Source: Schmidtea polychroa
Taxonomy: Eukaryota
Assembly: GCA_044892525.1 (NCBI GenBank)
Contig: CM097885.1
Span: 52,640,001-52,704,000, forward strand
Length of the DNA stretch: 64,000 nucleotides
Direction of reading: 5' to 3'
Position numbers and translations under genes: made by a program. The notes under the pieces are model-generated. The model ran no database searches, was not told where the DNA came from, and worked only from the letters and a program-made list of their open reading frames with translations. Shown in pieces: positions 55,281 to 64,000 of the stretch. Every line of letters begins with the position of its first letter. Position 1 is the stretch's first letter.

Positions 55281-55357
55281 TATGGGGTAGAGTATTATTA
55301 TATGTTTGCAGTATTCTGTGTTTGCCTTTACATGAAATTTTCAATAAGGAGCGATAA

Positions 55358-58300
55358 TTTTACACATACATTCTATATACACATACCTTGTTTAACATGG
55401 GTGTATATACTCCTAGTCTATCCGACAAGATATTCTGTCCCCCTATGGGTAATGGTAGCAAGGGTACTACTCACATTCAACATATCGCAAGGGTATATTA
55501 ATTAGGGTTAGTAAATAAAACTTATCACACACACTATTTAAACGATAAAAATAAAGACAAGAGAGGACAAGGCAAAGTGTATGCATTTAGTATTGCCAGG
55601 CCTAATGAGCAGTGACCAAATATCTGTGCCTGAAAGACACGGTGGATATTTGTTCGCGTCCACAAGGGTCGTCTGTGCCTCCCCCAAGTGGGGTCAGAAG
55701 AACCTGGGCATTATAGTTTTCCGTACGGAACATTACGCCTAGCATGGGTAGTCAACTACCAGCACATTCGAAACGTATAATTTCAAAATACATGCGTCAT
55801 TGGCACTATAACCAAATTAATTAATGTTTTCACTAACACAAATATATATTTACAGAGGCCTCCCACTAGTTGGATTACAACCGCCCACCACGACGATCAG
55901 CTTGTAAATATATATTAATTAAGGGATAAAGAGGACCCACCCAACCCTATTATATTTAATTTACAAATTTTTCTCGCTCTTCTGTTGGTAATCTATCTCA
56001 AAATTAATCTCTCCATCAGGCCATTTGATAGTGATTTCATGGAATACATCTTGCAAATTGGACGTATTTCTTAGTTTCTGATGCGGCGTCCACTATCATT
56101 GCTAAAATTTATATTGATTTAAAAGCAATTAACTTACATTATCTAACATTTTATCGTCACAGGCTTGATAAATTAGGCAACTGTTATTTGTGGTATACTT
56201 TTCAATGTCATTTCCCACCATAAAACACAGATACCTAAATATAATATATATATTTTAAAGAATTAATTCATGTCTTACATTAATAATAATATTCTTCAGG
56301 TAGTACTTTACAATATCTAATTGATAAAACATCGGTTTTTCCCATTTTTCTTGACAATCGTTGAAAGTTTACATAATTTAAGTCTGATAATTCATGTTGA
56401 AGGACACCCACAATCAGCTAATTCATTTAAGAAATCCAGAACATAGCAATGTTTCACCATTTTATCTGGTTCAATTTCTTCTATAATTCATGTTTTAATA
56501 AGAAATTTCTAAATCCAGAACATAAGTCATTTAGTGTTTCACCATTTTGTTCATCTTCTTCATAATCATATAATTCATTTTCTTCATTACTAAGTAAAAT
56601 AATTAAAATATTTTAGTAAATTCTTTATTTACTTACTTTATGGATACTAAAACGAAAGAAATAACGTTATATCAGAATTATATTTAAATAATTTAAATTT
56701 AGTTATTTAAACATATTTAAACACTTTAGTTATTTAAGCATATTTAAACATTAATATTATTATATAGTATAATTTTATATAATTTTATATAATATTATAA
56801 TATTATGTATTGTAAATTTAATATATCCTTAATTTAATTTTTTAAATTCAAAAATTTATAATGAAGATTCTTTGAATTAAAAAATATTCTGTTAGTATTT
56901 CCATGCAGAAAACAACGAATTCAATAATTAAAATCTTAATTTTCATGTTGTTAGGGTTGTGGCCAGAAGTTAATCGCCATCTAATCGTTTGTTCTCAATT
57001 TCGCTCATTTTTGTTCAAAACATTCAGGTGAGTTGTTATCTGGAAAGTTTCTTTGAGCTCAGTTTTGTTAAAACACTCACGGTATTTTTGAGGGACGTGA
57101 CACTGGAAATAAATTACCAATGGGTGGTCATCCATACATGTTGTTGGTTTGAACTGTTGATTTATTTTAGAAATATGTATATTAAAAACATTTAAGGTAT
57201 CATTCAGTAAAATAATATAGTATTTTTGAGTATTTTTAGTTAATTTATAAATAACAGTATTTTGATATATCAATAAAGACCATATACTCCTAGTTTATCC
57301 GACAAAATATTCTGTCCCCCTATGGGTATTGCTAGCAAGGGTACTGGTCACACTCAACATGTCGCAATATTAATCATTTAGAAATTCTTAGGTAAGATAT
57401 TCAGAAATTTGTGAATATTTTAAATGTAACTTTACACTTATGTCGAGCGACTAATTTATTGGTTAACTTTTTAGACATTTAAAGCAAAAATTAATTTATT
57501 CATCTAATGTTCGTTACAATAGATAATAATATGAGAAAAACATGGTCATTATTCATTGATAATTTTAAATTCTTTATCATTTGGAGTAAATTTGTTTGAG
57601 GCAAAAATAATTAAAGGAGTCATAATAGAAATATGGTTATCATTTAACCAAATAAGGGGCTTATTAGTTAGAAATATAAAGTAACAATTCTTTTCTAATT
57701 TAATTAGATGATCATTAGACGTAATATATCTTTGCGAGAAATTTAAGATGTTTGAGTAACCAAAACATGGACATTTTGTGCGATAAATTTATGAATATTG
57801 CTTAATTTTGTTATTTTTAGTCATTTAAAATAATATTTAGCAAAGGTAATTTAGCAAAATATCATTTATCCACCCGATAACAATATTCCTTCAATAGATT
57901 AACTGATATTCAACCTATTTAATTTCTGGAAATATAATTAAAATCATAAATTTCCTTCATGAAAGTTAAATTTTCTTTAGTTGTCGATGTCTAGCTCTTT
58001 TAAGTCAATATTTTTGTTACCGTTATCTTCATAATGAATGTCCGTCTTTAACATGTTAAATAAAATAATTTAAAGCAATAACCTTTGATATCAATTATCT
58101 CTAAATATTTCAAATATTGCATTGTCAAAACCAAGTAAATTAGTCATTACCCATTAATAAAACCGTGGATAATTAATAAAAACTGGTTCTGAAACATAAA
58201 TTACTGTGCAATAACATTCATCACAACCTCTAAAACGATATAATTTCACAGGAACTATTCATAGCTGACTATTTCCCTTGAAAATTTGATATTTTACCAA

Positions 58301-61300
58301 TAAGAATATATAAATATTCAAAACATTAACCGATCCCTCACCAAATATCTTTACCCCTTAAAACACCTTAAATCGTATATATTACCATCTTAACCTTCAC
58401 TAAATCCAACCGAATATAATTTCATCCACTTGTGCCCTTTAATAAATCTTAAAATCTATAGAAAATTCTTCAAAATATGAATTTTATTTAATTGTCACAG
58501 ACATTCTTCCATTGAAATAATTTAGTAGCTAAATTCAAAGAGTCCACTAAAAGATCAAAATTCATTAAAATAAATATTTAACCACATGTGTCATCAAATA
58601 CCTAACTAGAGATGATAATATCTCATTGATTGATCATAATTATAACCATTATAACATGATATATCTTTCAAACTAAATTTAGGTATATTTTACAATAATT
58701 TTCAAGTAGATTTTAAATATATCATCACCGTGAAAAAATTAGATTGTTTCAACTTTAGATTTTCAATATTTTAAAGTTCATCAATGTGTAAATATTCTTA
58801 GAAAAATATATGAAAAAATTATTTAGTCAAATTATCATTACAAAGTCATCATCATCATCAAAATTAATAAAATATAGCAAATTATCAAGAAATTAATTAA
58901 ATTTATCTTAGAATTAACACTAAACCTTAAATATTCTTTCAATTAACATGAAATTCACAAAAAAATATTAGTAAAATCCCGCTAACTCTAAAAATTACCA
59001 ACGAATTTAATGCTAAATAATAACCAAAAATTTGCCTAAATAAAACACACCAGTACCCTTACGACCAGTACCCTTACGACCAATACCCTTACAAGCAGTA
59101 CCCATAGAGGGAGAAAATATCTTGTCGGATAAACTCAGAGTATATATAATAAAACGAATTAACAATAACTCCATCAAATTGAATCAGTCAAATTAACACA
59201 AATTTTGATAAAAAATCTTATTCTAAAATGGTAAGAAGCGTAAAGTCGAAAGATAATTTTAATAACACCGAGATAAATTAACAATATTATTCTCAGGTGG
59301 TAAGAATCTTCATTAAAGTTAGGAAATTATAAGAACTACCAATTGCTATAAAATATTTAAACGAATTTAGTTTTGTTGTTTTATAACTTTTGGTTATATT
59401 TGAGTGAGTTTTCGAGTGTACCTTTTAACTTTCAGTGCTCATTTTCATTAAAAAGAGTAATGTATCTTAAATTATCTTTTGGAATATTTGTTTTTGAAAT
59501 ATTTAGTGTAAAATAGTAAATTTAATAATAAATTGTTAATATTAAAGGACTTAATCAAAATTTAAAATCGGAATTTATCATAATTACTCTGTCAAATACA
59601 ATTCACGGTTTCTTATGTAATAAAATAATCATTTGGGGATTAAATACTTTATTAAATAAAAGTTTATCACATTATTAAAATATTTTAATTCGTTAGTAGC
59701 TCATATAATAGAAATAATTTTATATATCCTCATCACTTATAGCCGCCGACTCTCGATTTCCCACTAATTATTTTCATTTATATTCTCCTGGCAAATATTT
59801 CTTTTAAAATTGTATTAAATATTTTTTTTTTATTAAAGTGAACGTTTTTTATGAATTTTTATGAAATTTATGAATTTTATGAAATAATTTTAAATAAATA
59901 CAATTAATATATATCCATGCCACTTCTCAGTATATTTTCATTAACCGTCCATAATCCAATAATGAATTATTCTAACACTTATTTTAACCCCTTTGAAGTT
60001 TATTATTAATTTATCACAGAATAATAAATAATTTCCTAACTTTAATGAAGATTCTTACCACCTGAGAATAATATTGTTAATTTATCTCGGTGTTATTAAA
60101 ATTATCTTTCGACTTTACGCTTCTTACCATTTTAGAATAAGATTTTTTATCAAAATTTGTGTTAATTTGACTGATTCAATTTGATGGAGTTATTGTTAAT
60201 TCGTTTTATTATATATACTCTGAGTTTATCCGACAAGATATTTTCTCCCTCTATGGGTACTGCTTGTAAGGGTATTGGTCGTAAGGGTACTGGTCGTAAG
60301 GGTACTGGTGTGTTTTATTTAGGCAAATTTTTGGTTATTATTTAGCATTAAATTCGTTGGTAATTTTTAGAGTTAGCGGGATTTTACTAATATTTTTTTG
60401 TGAATTTCATGTTAATTGAAAGAATATTTAAGGTTTAGTGTTAATTCTAAGATAAATTTAATTAATTTCTTGATAATTTGCTATATTTTATTAATTTTGA
60501 TGATGATGATGACTTTGTAATGATAATTTGACTAAATAATTTTTTCATATATTTTTCTAAGAATATTTACACATTGATGAACTTTAAAATATTGAAAATC
60601 TAAAGTTGAAACAATCTAATTTTTTCACGGTGATGATATATTTAAAATCTACTTGAAAATTATTGTAAAATATACCTAAATTTAGTTTGAAAGATATATC
60701 ATGTTATAATGGTTATAATTATGATCAATCAATGAGATATTATCATCTCTAGTTAGGTATTTGATGACACATGTGGTTAAATATTTATTTTAATGAATTT
60801 TGATCTTTTAGTGGACTCTTTGAATTTAGCTACTAAATTATTTCAATGGAAGAATGTCTGTGACAATTAAATAAAATTCATATTTTGAAGAATTTTCTAT
60901 AGATTTTAAGATTTATTAAAGGGCACAAGTGGATGAAATTATATTCGGTTGGATTTAGTGAAGGTTAAGATGGTAATATATACGATTTAAGGTGTTTTAA
61001 GGGGTAAAGATATTTGGTGAGGGATCGGTTAATGTTTTGAATATTTATATATTCTTATTGGTAAAATATCAAATTTTCAAGGGAAATAGTCAGCTATGAA
61101 TAGTTCCTGTGAAATTATATCGTTTTAGAGGTTGTGATGAATGTTATTGCACAGTAATTTATGTTTCAGAACCAGTTTTTATTAATTATCCACGGTTTTA
61201 TTAATGGGTAATGACTAATTTACTTGGTTTTGACAATGCAATATTTGAAATATTTAGAGATAATTGATATCAAAGGTTATTGCTTTAAATTATTTTATTT

Positions 61301-64000
61301 AACATGTTAAAGACGGACATTCATTATGAAGATAACGGTAACAAAAATATTGACTTAAAAGAGCTAGACATCGACAACTAAAGAAAATTTAACTTTCATG
61401 AAGGAAATTTATGATTTTAATTATATTTCCAGAAATTAAATAGGTTGAATATCAGTTAATCTATTGAAGGAATATTGTTATCGGGTGGATAAATGATATT
61501 TTGCTAAATTACCTTTGCTAAATATTATTTTAAATGACTAAAAATAACAAAATTAAGCAATATTCATAAATTTATCGCACAAAATGTCCATGTTTTGGTT
61601 ACTCAAACATCTTAAATTTCTCGCAAAGATATATTACGTCTAATGATCATCTAATTAAATTAGAAAAGAATTGTTACTTTATATTTCTAACTAATAAGCC
61701 CCTTATTTGGTTAAATGATAACCATATTTCTATTATGACTCCTTTAATTATTTTTGCCTCAAACAAATTTACTCCAAATGATAAAGAATTTAAAATTATC
61801 AATGAATAATGACCATGTTTTTCTCATATTATTATCTATTGTAACGAACATTAGATGAATAAATTAATTTTTGCTTTAAATGTCTAAAAAGTTAACCAAT
61901 AAATTAGTCGCTCGACATAAGTGTAAAGTTACATTTAAAATATTCACAAATTTCTGAATATCTTACCTAAGAATTTCTAAATGATTAATATTGCGACATG
62001 TTGAGTGTGACCAGTACCCTTGCTAGCAATACCCATAGGGGGACAGAATATTTTGTCGGATAAACTAGGAGTATATGGTCTTTATTGATATATCAAAATA
62101 CTGTTATTTATAAATTAACTAAAAATACTCAAAAATACTATATTATTTTACTGAATGATACCTTAAATGTTTTTAATATACATATTTCTAAAATAAATCA
62201 ACAGTTCAAACCAACAACATGTATGGATGACCACCCATTGGTAATTTATTTCCAGTGTCACGTCCCTCAAAAATACCGTGAGTGTTTTAACAAAACTGAG
62301 CTCAAAGAAACTTTCCAGATAACAACTCACCTGAATGTTTTGAACAAAAATGAGCGAAATTGAGAACAAACGATTAGATGGCGATTAACTTCTGGCCACA
62401 ACCCTAACAACATGAAAATTAAGATTTTAATTATTGAATTCGTTGTTTTCTGCATGGAAATACTAACAGAATATTTTTTAATTCAAAGAATCTTCATTAT
62501 AAATTTTTGAATTTAAAAAATTAAATTAAGGATATATTAAATTTACAATACATAATATTATAATATTATATAAAATTATATAAAATTATACTATATAATA
62601 ATATTAATGTTTAAATATGCTTAAATAACTAAAGTGTTTAAATATGTTTAAATAACTAAATTTAAATTATTTAAATATAATTCTGATATAACGTTATTTC
62701 TTTCGTTTTAGTATCCATAAAGTAAGTAAATAAAGAATTTACTAAAATATTTTAATTATTTTACTTAGTAATGAAGAAAATGAATTATATGATTATGAAG
62801 AAGATGAACAAAATGGTGAAACACTAAATGACTTATGTTCTGGATTTAGAAATTTCTTATTAAAACATGAATTATAGAAGAAAATGAACCAGATAAAATG
62901 GTGAAACATTGCTATGTTCTGGATTTCTTAAATGAATTAGCTGATTGTGGGTGTCCTTCAACATGAATTATCAGACTTAAATTATGTAAACTTTCAACGA
63001 TTGTCAAGAAAAATGGGAAAAACCGATGTTTTATCAATTAGATATTGTAAAGTACTACCTGAAGAATATTATTATTAATGTAAGACATGAATTAATTCTT
63101 TAAAATATATATATTATATTTAGGTATCTGTGTTTTATGGTGGGAAATGACATTGAAAAGTATACCACAAATAACAGTTGCCTAATTTATCAAGCCTGTG
63201 ACGATAAAATGTTAGATAATGTAAGTTAATTGCTTTTAAATCAATATAAATTTTAGCAATGATAGTGGACGCCGCATCAGAAACTAAGAAATACGTCCAA
63301 TTTGCAAGATGTATTCCATGAAATCACTATCAAATGGCCTGATGGAGAGATTAATTTTGAGATAGATTACCAACAGAAGAGCGAGAAAAATTTGTAAATT
63401 AAATATAATAGGGTTGGGTGGGTCCTCTTTATCCCTTAATTAATATATATTTACAAGCTGATCGTCGTGGTGGGCGGTTGTAATCCAACTAGTGGGAGGC
63501 CTCTGTAAATATATATTTGTGTTAGTGAAAACATTAATTAATTTGGTTATAGTGCCAATGACGCATGTATTTTGAAATTATACGTTTCGAATGTGCTGGT
63601 AGTTGACTACCCATGCTAGGCGTAATGTTCCGTACGGAAAACTATAATGCCCAGGTTCTTCTGACCCCACTTGGGGGAGGCACAGACGACCCTTGTGGAC
63701 GCGAACAAATATCCACCGTGTCTTTCAGGCACAGATATTTGGTCACTGCTCATTAGGCCTGGCAATACTAAATGCATACACTTTGCCTTGTCCTCTCTTG
63801 TCTTTATTTTTATCGTTTAAATAGTGTGTGTGATAAGTTTTATTTACTAACCCTAATTAATATACCCTTGCGATATGTTGAATGTGAGTAGTACCCTTGC
63901 TACCATTACCCATAGGGGGACAGAATATCTTGTCGGATAGACTAGGAGTAAATACACCCATGTTAAACAAGGTATGTGTATATAGAATGTATGTGTAAAA
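55358..64000. repeat. Giant palindrome: arms 55358-59330 and 60028-64000 (runs off the window), 697-bp spacer
   Basis: Paired positions sum to 119358 at the outer edge, at the mirror ORFs and at the inner edge. Confidence 0.96.

Noticed and set aside
55590..55712. Hammerhead-like CTAATGA...GAAA in a GC-richer island (mirror at ~63646-63768)
   Set aside because: Core deviates from CUGANGA and the stems are unconvincing; an Infernal search would settle it
56995..57273. 92-aa ORF and its mirror at 62085-62363
   Set aside because: Non-ATG start, no motif; duplicated only as part of the palindrome

Overview
This is AT-rich eukaryotic (animal) genomic DNA with 41-60 nt GT-AG introns and abundant (AAT)n microsatellites. 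A flatworm-like host is an inference only. The window is a nested cluster of Polinton/Maverick (adintovirus-like) elements, with at least 8 AGTAG(T/A)-type termini and 3 divergent pPolB genes. One element (C, ~19712-34991) is nearly complete: TIRs, A32-like ATPase, integrase, minor and major capsid, core-like proteins and pPolB, but no recognisable protease. Its accessory cargo is unusual: a spliced Bcl-2 homolog, a TBP-fold gene, an overprinted N-myristoylation-motif ORF and a micro-exon acidic gene with SIM-like motifs. Spliceosomal introns also occur in core genes: the integrase has a pure (ATT)n intron, and a different pPolB has three introns. Other contents are an IAP-type RING pseudogene, Ty3/Gypsy fragments, a pogo/Tigger derivative and a hAT MITE. 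An Hsp90 pseudogene is split by a Polinton (TSD TTAGTG) and later inverted. There is a ~4.1-4.6 kb inverted duplication carrying AT-hook and RING genes, a >=4 kb near-perfect palindrome, a possible class III fusogen fragment, and a ~90-bp palindromic module in 12 copies. All calls come from motif recognition by eye; no searches were run.
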